The notes under the pieces: generated by a model
The model's database searches: none
What the model was told of the DNA's origin: nothing
What the model saw: only the letters and a program-made list of their open reading frames with translations
Program-made: the position numbers and the translations under genes
Source: Octopus sinensis
Lineage: Eukaryota
Reading direction: 5' to 3'
Length of the DNA stretch: 64,000 nt
Assembly: GCF_006345805.1 (NCBI RefSeq)
Contig: NC_043024.1
Location: forward strand, 17,918,001 to 17,982,000
Shown: in pieces, positions 1 through 11,504 of the stretch
Layout: every line of letters starts with the position of its first letter
Numbering within the stretch: position 1 is the first letter of the stretch

Positions 1-12
1 TATATATGTAAA

Positions 13-69
<57 letters not shown>

Positions 70-74
70 ATTAT

Positions 75-360
75 AAAAGAAATTTTTGCGTAATGAGATA
101 AAAAACCAAGGCTGTGAGATATTATAACATTTATAGATAGGTCTTACAGCTGTTTCCAGGATATTTATTAATAATATCCCTTCATTGGAGATGCTGTGAG
201 AGGATGGTTAAGTAATAGCTAATTTAGATGTGATACAAAATAGAGAGTGAAGTGGAGGAAATAAAATAAATGTGAGATATGTAGGGATTTGAATTTGTAG
301 ATCCATTTTTTAGGCAGAATGGTACATATGTAAGATTCCAATACCTTAGGAGAAAAATCC
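75..360 (-). mobile_element. Penelope-like element fragment with decayed hammerhead motif (142-191)
   Basis: Minus strand reads tct-CCAATGA-[ggatatt/aatatcc hairpin]-GAAA-cagctg-TA-aga; AT-rich flanks. Confidence 0.5.
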
Positions 361-384
361 AACAGTGTATAATATATATGTGTG

Positions 385-451
<67 letters not shown>

Positions 452-560
452 TTGTATACATATGTATGTATGTATGCATATATATATATGTATATATATT
501 AATATATATAATATATATATATATATATACGCGAGAAAGAAGCAACAAGAATGGATAGGT

Positions 561-651
561 TTTTAGTACGATCGTTTCATACAAGGACAGGTTTTATTAA
601 AAGTTGCAAAGATTACAGCATATAAACGAGTCCCGTACTCATCAGCTAAAA
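561..651 (-). ncRNA. Mirror copy of the hammerhead motif in the left palindrome arm
   Basis: Exact reverse complement of 744-834. Confidence 0.85.
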
Positions 652-743
652 TACATGTGAGTTCTCTAGACATCCTAGTGTTTGAGGCTATACTCATGAA
701 GTAATAGCCTCAAACACTAGGATGTCTAGAGAACTCACATGTA

Positions 744-834
744 TTTTAGCTGATGAGTACGGGACTCGTTTATATGCTGTAATCTTTGCAACTTTTAATA
801 AAACCTGTCCTTGTATGAAACGATCGTACTAAAA
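744..834 (+). ncRNA. Minimal type I hammerhead ribozyme motif, intact core
   Basis: Stem I UUUUAG/CUAAAA; CUGAUGA 750-756; stem II GUACGGGAC/GUCCUUGUAU; GAAA 817-820; palindromic CGAUCG; GUA site (cut after 828). Confidence 0.85.
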
Positions 835-978
835 ACCTATCCATTCTTGTTGCTTCTTTCTCGCTTATAATCACCCCACATTACTGTATTGTTAAATCAG
901 TATAGTTTTTTTTGGTGCATCTAAGTTAGGTACCATATTCAAGTAAATTCATTTAAATTAACTTGAATCTTTATTGCT

Positions 979-1026
<48 letters not shown>

Positions 1027-1257
1027 CACGTGATCACGTGACCGACCAGACCATCAGATGTTGCTACACATCGCTGGTCACAATGCGTTCGCATTGTTTT
1101 AGCCTTCGAATGACGCCACCCCGCTGGCTAAGCGAGCAGGCCATATATGTATATATATATATATATATGTGTGTCTGTACACACAAGTATGCATGTAAGA
1201 GAAAACGAAGTGGAAAAAAATAGTACTCGAATACAAAAGGTAGAGTAATATGGTTTC

Positions 1258-1390
1258 ATTAAAGCTGCAAAATCTTCACCAAACTGTTGCTCACAGTTTC
1301 ACATTCCCATTTATGGACAGTCGTAACTGTCCAACGAATGGGAATGTGAAACTCTGAGTAACAGTTTTGTGAAAATTTTGCAGCTTTAAT
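1258..1390. repeat. Imperfect ~65-bp-arm palindrome with hammerhead relics (Penelope-like)
   Basis: Arms 1258-1321 and 1326-1390; right arm ACTGT-CCAACGA...GAAA-CTCTGAG-TA-ACAGT. Confidence 0.65.
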
Positions 1391-1411
1391 AAAGGTATAT
1401 ATGTCAAGCAC

Positions 1412-1575
1412 CCATTACACTCTCGGAATGGTTGGCATTAGGAAGGGCATCCAGCCATAGAAAGCCATGCAAAATCAGACTGGAGTCTGGTGCAGCCTTC
1501 CAGCTCACCATCCCTGGTCAAACTATCCAACCGATGCCAGCATGGGCAACAGACATTATATGCTGATGATGATTT
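1412..1575 (+). mobile_element. RTE-derived 3' tail repeat (family C)
   Basis: AGGAAGGGCATCCAGC motif, CCATGCYAGCATGG-like end and (GAT)n tail, as in many other copies. Confidence 0.75.
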
Positions 1576-2065
1576 AAATTTCTCTGGATAACCAAGGAAT
1601 CGTGATTGGTCTTCACATAAATACTGAATCAGGTCTGTAAGAATATACATATGTTGGGTCTTTATTTTCATGCCACCATTTCTAGTAAGGCCACAAAGGG
1701 ACTTGCAAGACAAGAGAGAACGGGGAATGAAAAATGTCCCCTCAACTAAGAGAGGTGGTGCAGGGTAGGGTCAAATGGTTGTAAGTGTAATTATGTTTAT
1801 CATGTTCCCCAGCAGTAAACAATTATATTGAATTATTAATCTCTCTCGTAAAGTCACTCATTAAACAGAGAGCTACAGAAATGATAATGATTATTAAATG
1901 TGTGTGTGTGTGTATTGCATTTACAGGTTTGAAATTTCATCACTTTCTGAAGAACCATTTATTTTGGTGCCAGTTTAGTCACTTCGCTAAAACTAATAAA
2001 TCTGCTAAATGCAATTATTTGCTCTACATCTATGTATTGAACTATATATATCTAATACATTTATA

Positions 2066-2111
<46 letters not shown>

Positions 2112-2254
2112 ATACATATATACACACACATATGTATACATATATATGTATGCATATATATATGTATGCATATATATATATGTAAACCTATGTGTGTGTG
2201 TGTGCATATATATATGTATGTGTGTACAACATATATATATATAGACACATACAC

Positions 2255-2294
<40 letters not shown>

Positions 2295-2847
2295 AGAGAG
2301 AAAGATAAGTATAGATCTATAGAATTCTCTATAGAACTCTTACAGTATTCTCCTTGGAATTTGGCCTTTTTGATCTTTGAATCAATACATACACACACTA
2401 ACACACACACACATACACAAATATATTTGCTGCATGCGTGCGTATATTTTTATATATATATATATATACGCATATACATACATACTCGTCCTTTCCCCGT
2501 TATTGTCTCCCTCCTCCACATCCTGTAACAAGTGTTTCCACTCCAGTGATTTTCCAAGAACATCAGTCTCACAGAACGCTCTTCTTTCTTCTCATTTCCC
2601 CAGATAAATAAGACCTGAATTCTTTTTAAATCTTATGTTCATCATTTTATGATTCTTAAAGCAGATTTTCATTAGATCTTTCTCTTTCTGTCTGTCCTTT
2701 GTGACTCCCAACGAACTAAGTGCTTGCTTGAGGCCTCTTTTATTTTCTGGGGTGGGGTGGGGGGTTAGTTCGTTAAATTAACCCAAATATTTTATTTAAG
2801 ACTGGTTGCTTTTTGTCCAGTCAGCAAAAACTTCATATTCATATATA

Positions 2848-3010
2848 GGCGCAGGAGTGGCTGTGTGGTAAGGAGCTTGCTTACCAACCACATAGTTCCG
2901 AGTTCAGTCCCAGCACCTGGCACCTTTGGCAAGTGTTTTCTGCTATAGCCTTGGGCTGACCAAAGCCTTGTGAGTGGATATGGTCGATGGAAACTGAAAG
3001 AAGCCCATCA

Positions 3011-3041
<31 letters not shown>

Positions 3042-3247
3042 TTGTGTCTGTGTTTGTCCCCCCACCATCACTTGACAACCGATACTGGTGTGTTTACAAC
3101 CCCATAACTTAACGGTTCAGCAAAAGAGACTGATAGAATGATTACTAGGCTTACAAAGAAAAAATTCTGGGGTTGATTTGATCGACTAAAGGTGGTGCTC
3201 CAGCGTGGCCACAGTCAAACGACTGAAACAAGTAAAAGAATAAAAGA
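2848..3247 (+). mobile_element. tRNA-headed SINE (family A)
   Basis: A-box-like TGGCTGTGTGG and B-box-like GAGTTCAGTCCC; internal (GT)n; more than 15 copies in window. Confidence 0.9.
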
Positions 3248-3269
3248 CTGTATATATATATTTATATAT

Positions 3270-3690
3270 CATCATCATCATCATCATTTAACGTCCGTTG
3301 TCCATGCTGGCATGGGTTGGACGCTTTGACCAGGGCTGGTAAGCTGGAAGACTGCACCAAACTCCAATCTTGTTTGGCATGGTTTTCTTCAGCTGGATGC
3401 CCTTCCTAACACCAACCACTCCAAGAGTGTAATCGGTGCTTTTGCATGCCATTTGCATAACACCAGTATCTGCAATGACTGCAATTTTACTCAGCTTGAT
3501 GGGTCTTCTTCTCAATTATGGCAATGGTCTCAGTCATTGCCTCCATGAGACCCAGCACTCAAAGGGAACTCATCCACTTTGCCTCTGTGAGGCTCAACGT
3601 TCAAAAGGTGCCCTTTATGTGCCACCAGCACAGGTACCAGTTACGTGACACCAGCATCAGCCATTACTACGATTTCACTTGGCTTGACAT
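3270..3690 (-). mobile_element. RTE 3' tail repeat (family C)
   Basis: (CAT)n start on plus strand, family C body, remnant of RTE ORF end. Confidence 0.75.
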
Positions 3691-3952
3691 TATAATCTTC
3701 GAACAGTGGAGGTCAGCAGCTTCACCTTGCTGGTTCAACATCCACAGACTAGTTTCAGGGTATTTGCCCCTTATCAATATCCAGTAATGTTACCATAGTC
3801 TCCTTTAGAGAGATTTAGAAATATTAATATTTAATTATATATATACTGTGATAGAGAATTCAAGAAAAATGTACTCCATTTGGTGAATGATAATTATTTA
3901 TTTAAAGAGCACAATACATATATTTAAGATATCTATGATATGTGGTTTGTGT

Positions 3953-3998
3953 CTGAAGAATATGTTTGAGTATTTCTCAATATATGAAACTATTAGTA
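3953..3998 (+). ncRNA. Hammerhead core with poor stem I, in Penelope-like fragment
   Basis: CUGAAGA, 10-bp stem II with one bulge, GAAA, CUAUUAG, UA; stem I only 2 G-U pairs. Confidence 0.5.
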
Positions 3999-4069
3999 GT
4001 TCTTAAATACTTCTATTGTGACCTTTAAATGAATTATCATCATCATCATCATCATCGTTTAATTATATA

Positions 4070-4108
<39 letters not shown>

Positions 4109-4239
4109 TATATACATACATGCACACATACATACATATGTATATACATACACATACACACACACATGCATATATACATATATATAAATGTGTGAGTTTA
4201 AATGTACACATACACACCATACACAGTAATCCATTTTTT

Positions 4240-4303
4240 GCTAATTTCTCTCTTTTATCATTTTCAGGTAAGGAATTCCAATTATGTCAATCTGGAATTA
4301 TAA
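4240..4303 (+). other. Strong 3' splice site directly followed by GTAAGG (recursive site or exon start)
   Basis: CTAAT branch-like motif 4241-4245, pyrimidine tract, CAG|GTAAGG at 4267/4268; phase-0 reading VRNSNYVNLEL*. Confidence 0.4.
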
Positions 4304-5223
4304 CATATTCATCGTTCTCCACTTTGTCTGGAAAAATCTGGAACTTTCTTTATCTCATTTTTTCATCAGTGATCAACAGATAAGTATCACTTTAAATATT
4401 TCACATTTTCCTCTTTCTTTTCCCTCCTTCTTTATGTTTAAAAAAATGGGTTTTTTTCCTCTAACTAAATTTCTATAAATCAATCAGGTAATCAATAATT
4501 CACTGATTGAGGCAATAGTTACTTGTCATATAGTGCAACTGTGATAAATAGAAACTATTTTATTTTTGCCTGTATTATCATCATCATCATTATTATTATT
4601 ATTATTGTTATTATTTTTATTATTTATCATCATTATTATTTTTATTATTATCATTATTGTCATCATCATCATCATCATCATCATTACTGTCATTGTTATT
4701 TTATCTATTTCTATCATTAGTGCCATCATCATCATCATCATGTTTTTTTTTAACTGTTTTGTGTTAGTTCCTGTTGTGCCAAAAAAGTGCACTTGCCATG
4801 GTTTTGTGTGCAGAACTGTCTTTTTTAAGAGATGAAGAATTTTGTTTGTATTCTGCATCAGATTTTTTTCTTCTTTTTTTATGAGTTTGTCAGGGGAAGA
4901 ATTTCAGTACCAATAACTTTTCTGGGTCTTCAAGACTGATTGGAAAAGGGATGACGTTATTTTTTCATCTGTTAAATTTCATGGCTCCATAATAAATTAT
5001 TGTGGTTGTTGTTGTTATTAAGGTGGTAAGCTGCAAGCTCATTGGCTAATCACGACACCAGTGCCTGTTCAGGAACTGTTTTCCTATATATCACTGGTGG
5101 GGAGGTGAGTCACTGCTATTTCTAGCAGTCAAACATCCAAGAAAGACCAAGAAAGGTCGAAATCACATGTGGTAGTCTCGGTGCTGGACATGGCAAGGAT
5201 TTATCTCCCTACTAGCAATTTAA

Positions 5224-5439
5224 CCCTTTAGCATTCAGATTAATTCATCAATTGTAATGCTTATTTATCCACATTATTTCAAATTAATTATGCATTATCT
5301 CATAGCTTTGTGATTTTGATGTGATTGTCTATGTTTAAAATGACACTGTAGGGTATGTGTGAGGCCAGATTTAGCCTGTTTGAACATAAAAAAGGATCAA
5401 ATATTTGGACCAGATATGGCTTGTTTAAATGCTAAAGGG
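5224..5439. mobile_element. piggyBac-type MITE
   Basis: TTAA on both sides (5220-5223, 5440-5443); 12-bp TIR CCCTTTAGCATT/AATGCTAAAGGG. Confidence 0.85.
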
Positions 5440-5856
5440 TTAAACAAAAGTGCATTTTGCACCAAAATGTCAATGTGAGAGTTTCTCTCGTGGTATCTGC
5501 CTCAGTATAGTTTGTTCTAACAGAACAACCACATTTAAATAGGGATAAATATTACCTCTAGGAATTAATATCTCTGTTGCTAATATAAATAAATGTGTGT
5601 TTTTGTGTTTGTCCCCTGCCACTACTTGACAACCATTGTTGGTTTGTTTATGTCCCATGACATAACAGCTTGACAAAATTGACCCGTAAAATAAACACTA
5701 GACTTAAAAAATAAAAAAAGTTATTGGGGTCAATTTGTTTGACTAAACCCTTTAAGGCAATGTCCCAGCATGACCACAGTTCAATAACTAAAACAAGTAA
5801 GACATAACAGATAAAAAAAAAGCTGAAGATTGATGGAATAAAGAAGAATCTTTTAA

Positions 5857-6060
5857 TGCACAAGAGATGAGAATTACCAGAAACAGAAAAAAAAAACCAT
5901 GGTTAATATATAAGAACTATTAAAAAGTCTATAATGGCAGGTAAATATCTGTATTTATAAATAAATGTGGAAGCTTTTACATTCTAACTCTATTCTATTA
6001 TCGTTTTCAGTACATTTTTTTGCTGTCGTTATTGATGTCAGTACAGTTGTACTAACACAA
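5857..6060 (+). repeat. Dispersed repeat homologous to 8362-8580 (inverted)
   Basis: Shared ATGGTTAATAT..AAGAACTATTAAAAAGTCTATAATG and GTACTAACACA blocks. Confidence 0.8.
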
Positions 6061-6065
6061 TGTTT

Positions 6066-6361
6066 TTCCTTCTCAAGCCATGCGTGGCTCATAGGGACAG
6101 TTTCCCGGTTTCCATGGTGTATAGGTTCCCCACCTGGACAGGACGCTGGTCCGTTGCTAGTGAGCTGCAAGATGCAGGAGGAAAGAGTGAGAGAAAGTTA
6201 TGGCGAAAGAGTCAGCAGAAGTTCGCCATTACCTTCTGCCGGAGCCATGTGGAGCTTAGGTGTTTCGCTCATAAACACACACAACGCCCGGTCTGAGATT
6301 CGAACCTATGATCCCTCGACCACGAGTCCACTGCTGTAACCACTAGGCCATGTGCCTCCAC
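6066..6361 (-). mobile_element. tRNA-headed SINE (family D)
   Basis: Minus head GTGGAGGCACATGGCCTAGTGG...GGTTCGAATCTC; second copy at 18524-18821. Confidence 0.85.
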
Positions 6362-6546
6362 TTTATTAACACATAGTGGTGCTATGTTTGGTTGGTAATA
6401 TTATTGTTGTTCCTTTTTGTAGTTCCTATATTGTCTCCTGTAGAACTGGGTCCAAATCATGGACCTGATTTATAGTACGGAAGATGTCACTTGACTGAAA
6501 ACACTCTATATATATTAGCTGTAGTGCCATCTTCTGGACTGCATTA

Positions 6547-6921
6547 TTACCTCTGCCTTAGCAAAGATAGAGGTATTATTTTCAGTCATATTTGTTTGTT
6601 TGTTTGTCTGTGGACAAGATATCTCAAGAACTGCTGCATGGATTCGGATGAAACTATCAGGATGTTTGGCTTTGTGACTGGCACAAACTGATTAGATTTT
6701 GGGATTGATCCAGTACTGGACAAGGTTTCTGGATTATTTTTCCAGCTTTTTTACTTAATTTTTGAGAACAGTCAAGTTCATTTTTAGTATTCTTGTTCAG
6801 GTTTTAGCAGTCGAGTTTATTTCAGATTTTCTCCTTTTAAAGATCATCTCTGGCTAATCATTGAGAGGACGTTGGTGTTGCCTTGGCAGAGGTTCGCACT
6901 CTCTCGAGTGCTCTTGTTAGT
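6547..6921 (+). mobile_element. Helitron/Helentron-like non-autonomous element
   Basis: Subterminal inverted repeat ACCTCTGCC/GGCAGAGGT; 3' hairpin GCACTC-TCTC-GAGTGC (6896-6911). Confidence 0.55.
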
Positions 6922-6922
6922 A

Positions 6923-6924
<2 letters not shown>

Positions 6925-6954
<30 letters not shown>

Positions 6955-7072
6955 GTTGTTGTTGTTGTTGTTGTTGTTATTGTTATTGTTGTTATTGTTA
7001 TTGTTGTTATTGTTGTTGTTGTTGTTGTTATTGTTATTGTTGTTATTATTATTGTTGTTGTTGTTGTTATTG

Positions 7073-7109
<37 letters not shown>

Positions 7110-7660
7110 ACATCACACAGTATACAATATCATAAAGTTGTTGATTGAAGAAATTGTGTCTCCTGGGGGTTTGTACTGTTTGTCAAGTCCCAACAAGGAC
7201 CTCACACAGACAGTACTTTACACAATATGCCTGCAGTTCCAAGTAATGCCATCTTTTGCAATACACCTAGATTGTAGGGTATTTCTAAGGTTTTCAGATG
7301 TTTTTTTTCAGCTTGGGTGGTATTGAACCCAATGTTCAGATGACAATAGGGATAACCTTTATGATCGACCCTGGTAACTGCCACATATTAGCAATCTCAC
7401 TTCTCAGGTTTCCATATTTATCAACTTTTTCTCTTTCTTTCATCATGATGTGTTGATCTCCTGGCACTGCCACGTCAATTATCAGGCACTCATGTTTGTC
7501 CCTCCTAAAGGTTACTATATCCAACCTTCAGAGCTCTAATCTCTTGTCTGTCTGGAAGTCAAAGTCCCAGAGGATTTTCACCTTCCCCTTTTTCGTCCAT
7601 TACCTTTTCCAGTGTATGTTGGTACCAAACACCTGTAAGTTCATTTCCATATCTATAGCA
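6925..7660 (-). mobile_element. 5'-truncated REL-endonuclease LINE (R4/Dong/HERO-like) with (AAT/AAC)n tail
   Basis: WYQH..KVKILWDFDFQTD..LDIV..IIDVAVPGD..EKVDKY..VIPIVIGALG..LLGTAGIL, with a frameshift and a stop; tail 6925-7108. Confidence 0.85.
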
Positions 7661-7928
7661 GTGGAGGCTTTGGGCTACCTTGTCATGTCTACACTTGTAC
7701 TTTCTGTGCAAGATTTTCACAAGCACTAACAATTATTATTGTTGTTGTTGTTATTATTATTGTCATTGTTGTTGTTGCTGTTGTTATCTAGGCAGCAAGC
7801 TGGTACTTAATTTATCAACCCCCAAAAGTATGAAAGGCAAAGCTGACCTTGGTGGAACTTGAAATCAGAAGATAGCAATGGGAGAAATACTTCACCTGGC
7901 ATGCTAACTATTCTGCCAGCTCACCACC

Positions 7929-7963
<35 letters not shown>

Positions 7964-8361
7964 CCTTTCTACTATAGGCACAAGGCCCGAAATTGGGGGA
8001 GGAGTATAGTCTATTACATCAACCCCAGTATTCAACTGGTACTTATTTTATTGACCCTGAAAGGATGAAAGACAAAGTCTAACTCAGCAGAATTTGAACT
8101 CAGAACGTGAAAACGAACGAAATGCTGCTAAGCCCTTTGCCTAGCATGCTAATGATAATAATAATGATAATAATACAGTGGCTGGCACTACTTGAAACAT
8201 CTGAAATACAATGGACAGTGCTGTCAATCAACTGACATCTTCCTTGTACCACCTGAAGCTGTAGTATGGATCTGGCCATGCAGAATATAAAAACAGGAAG
8301 TTCAAAAAGGAGCAACAACAGCAGCAGCAACAATACCATTAAACCAAACTGAGTGATGTTA

Positions 8362-8900
8362 TGTGTTAGTACGAATGTACTGACGCTGTCAATATTGGCA
8401 GCTAACAAGTTTATTGTAAATGTATTGAAAATGGTAACATAATAAAGTTAAAATATCTATATAAAAATCTCCACATTTATTTATAAATAGAGATATTTAC
8501 ATGTCATTATAGACTTTTTAATAGTTCTTGCATATTAACCATGTTTTTGTCTTCTTTCTTGGATTCTCATCTTTTGTACATTTTGTACATCTTTTGTTCC
8601 ATCTACCTTTGGGTTTTTTTTGTGAATTCTTCAAAATGTTCTTCCTATTATATTTGGTCGCTATCTCCAGGCCACTACTCTTAAATTGGTTTCTTCCATC
8701 AGTTCCGTATCAATATTTCTGTGATGACCATTTTATCAGATCCTCTTCCATGAGTGTGTTTCTTCAGTTTTCTTTTGACATTTCTGAGTTCCACAGATTC
8801 TTCACTTTGTTTGTTATTAGGTCGGGTCAGTTTTGTGAAGCACCAGAATGTCTTTGTCTGTTAGTTAATTCTCTTTCTGTTTCTTGAAAGAAGCCACTGT
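8362..8900 (-). mobile_element. Decayed DNA-transposon-like fragment (possible piggyBac Cys-rich C-terminus)
   Basis: Broken reading HFEEF..KGRWNKRCTKC..RKKTKTWLICKN*; partial second copy at 5857-6060. Confidence 0.3.
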
Positions 8901-9014
8901 GGTTTTCTTATTAACAATTTTCTCACTTTAGAAGACAATTTTTCATAACCAGCAAACTAAAATGATAAATACACACACACACACACAGAAGGATAAATAC
9001 AACTTACACATATA

Positions 9015-9415
9015 GGCGGAGGCATGGCTGTGTGGTATGTAGCTTCCTTACGAAGCACATGGTTCCAGTTTCAGTCCCACTGCGTGGCACCTTGGGCACA
9101 GGCCAACTAAAGCCTTGTGAGTGGATTTGGTAGACAGAAACTGAAAGAAGCCTGTCGTATATTTGTATATATATATTTATATATGTATGTGTGTGTATAT
9201 GTTTGTGTGTCTGTGTTTGTTCCCCAACATTACTTGACAACCGATGGTGGTGTGTTTACGTCCTCGTAACTTAATGGTTCAGCAAAAGAGACTGATAGAA
9301 TAAGTACTAGGCTTACAAAGAATAAGTCCTGGGGTCGATTTGCTCGACTAAAAGGTGGTGCTCCAGTATGACCACAGTCACATGACTGAAACAAGTAAAA
9401 GAGTAACAAGTAAAA
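9015..9415 (+). mobile_element. SINE family A
   Basis: Full-length match to other copies. Confidence 0.9.
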
Positions 9416-9925
9416 ATAGTATACAGGGGTACAAGTGTGCCTGTCTGGTTAAAAAGTTTTCCTTGCAGCCCCATGGTTTTTAGATTTTATTCCACAGCAT
9501 GTCATGGACTAGTGATTTCTACTATAATCCACAGTTAACCAAATTCTAGTGAGTAGCTTTGTTAAATGGAAACTGAAAGAAGCCCACCTTACATTATACA
9601 TACTCAGGGCTGGTTTTAAGCCAATTAGACAGATTTGTTCAAATTGAGCCCTGTGCCAAGAAAGGGTTCCATGCATGCACTCGAGTGAAGGATGCTATGA
9701 TGAATTGAACCCTTTGACTGCGGCATGTAAAAATATATTTATGATTCCTTTTATTTTTTGTGTGACAAACTAATTTACCCCATGACTTTAGAAAAACGCC
9801 TTATTTAGTTATAGTAGAGGGCTCTACTGACAATTCTCTAATTGGGCCCTGCACTTCCTAGTGCCAGGTCTGTAAATATATATATATATTGTCACACAAA
9901 AAATAGGCAATTGTCGCACAAAACA

Positions 9926-10328
9926 GGCGTAGGAGTGGCTGTGTGGTAAGTAACTTGCTTACCAACCACATGGTTCCGAGTTCAGTCCCACTTCGTGGTA
10001 CCTTGGGAAAGTGTCTTCTACTATAGCCTCAGGTCGACCAAAGTCTCGTGAGTGGATTTGGTAGACGGAAACTGAAAGAAGCCCGTCGTATATATGTATA
10101 TATATATGTATGTGTGTGTATATGTTTGTGTGTCTGTGTTTGTCCCCCCAACATCGCTTGACAACTGATGCTGGGGTGTTTACATCCCCATAATTTAGTG
10201 GTTTGGCAAAAGAGACCGATAGAATAAGTACTAAGCTTACAAAGAATATGTCCTGGGGTCGATTTGCTCGACTAAAGGCGGTGCTCCAGCATGGCCACAG
10301 TCAAAAGACTGAAACAGGTAAAAGAGTA
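9926..10328 (+). mobile_element. SINE family A
   Basis: Full-length match to other copies. Confidence 0.9.
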
Positions 10329-10875
10329 TATTATATATATATATTTGTTGATAAATGTGTGCACAAATGTGAGTTTCTTTGTTGTTAGTAATTGTAGTGC
10401 AATTTCAACTAAAGTTAAATCCATTCACATGCTCTTGGTTAGCCTGAGACTGTAGTAGAAGACACTTATCTAAGGTGCCACACAGTGAGATTGAACCCAA
10501 AGCTGTCGTTAGGTAGCAAGCTTCTTAATCTCACAGCTCTGCCTCTGCTTATTTACAGAAAATAGAATCTCTCGCCTTCAGCTTTTGGATGGTCTGTTCA
10601 AAATGCAGACATTATTTCTTTTGTGTTCCTCTTGATTCTTATTTGTTTGTTTAGTGTCAATTGAGAATATTATAATCTAAAACTTATTACTGAGATAGCT
10701 ATAGTATTGACTAAACTTACTTCATTTCACATTTATTTCTGTTTTAAGTATTCACTGAAAATGTCTGTAATGCTCTTTTCCAATCATTTTATTTATCTAT
10801 GCTTGTAAAAAATACATGAAATAATAATAATAATAATAATAATGATAATAATAACAATAATAATAAAATTAATGA

Positions 10876-10924
<49 letters not shown>

Positions 10925-10925
<1 letters not shown>

Positions 10926-11477
10926 TACCCTGATGTAGTACCAGGCAGTGGCTCTCGAGGCTTCTGATCTTAACTTATTGGAAGTGTTATCATGTAAATT
11001 GTTTTGTCTTGGTATAAAAGATGGGCTACAGCAAATATTCTGCTCAATACCACAGATTTGCTTGTCAGTTGTTTGACCTTAACTGGTTCAGCATGTCCCT
11101 TTGTAGCTGATGATATGTGCATCTCTGATCATGGGCAGAAGTAGTGGGGGAGTATCATAGCCATATGTATAGAGGAATTCTTGGAGGTTTGGATAATTCA
11201 CCTTTGGAAACATGGGTGGTTCATTCAACATCCTTAAACAACCCTTATTCAGGGACATTTTGAGCAGGATGGGCTACTCGACCAGAAGAAAATTCTAACT
11301 GGGTCCCACCTGCAAGGTCATGTGCTGTTTATCTTGATATATCACCATGTCGTGCATATTTGGTTGTGATGCATATGCCTGGTGTACCCTTATCAGACGG
11401 GTAGTCATGATGGATATACTGGGCTTTGTATATTTTACTCCAGTGTCACTTTGATGACATGCACTGCTCTCTCAATC
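10925..11477 (+). mobile_element. ~560-bp retroposed repeat (family E) between (AAT)n tracts
   Basis: Homologous to 26841-27302 (+) and 46490-47052 (-). Confidence 0.85.
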
Positions 11478-11504
11478 AATAATAATAATAATAATAATAA
11501 TAAT

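Larger units (their letters stand above)
531..864. repeat. Perfect inverted repeat: 161-bp arms (531-691, 704-864), 12-nt spacer
   Basis: Arms compared base by base; no mismatch found. Confidence 0.97.
531..980 (+). mobile_element. Short non-autonomous Penelope-like element (pLTR with inverted 5' copy)
   Basis: Hammerhead motif, inverted duplication, and tail TGGTGCATCTAARTTARGTACCATATTCA (913-941) shared with 24643-24671; no RT ORF. Confidence 0.7.

Noticed and set aside
4355-4375. Other CTGATGA/CTGAAGA matches (here, in family E and in the LINE)
   Set aside because: No stem II, GAAA and NUH arrangement downstream
6290-6361. tRNA-like sequences at SINE heads
   Set aside because: A/B boxes only; no full cloverleaf; they continue into repeated SINE bodies
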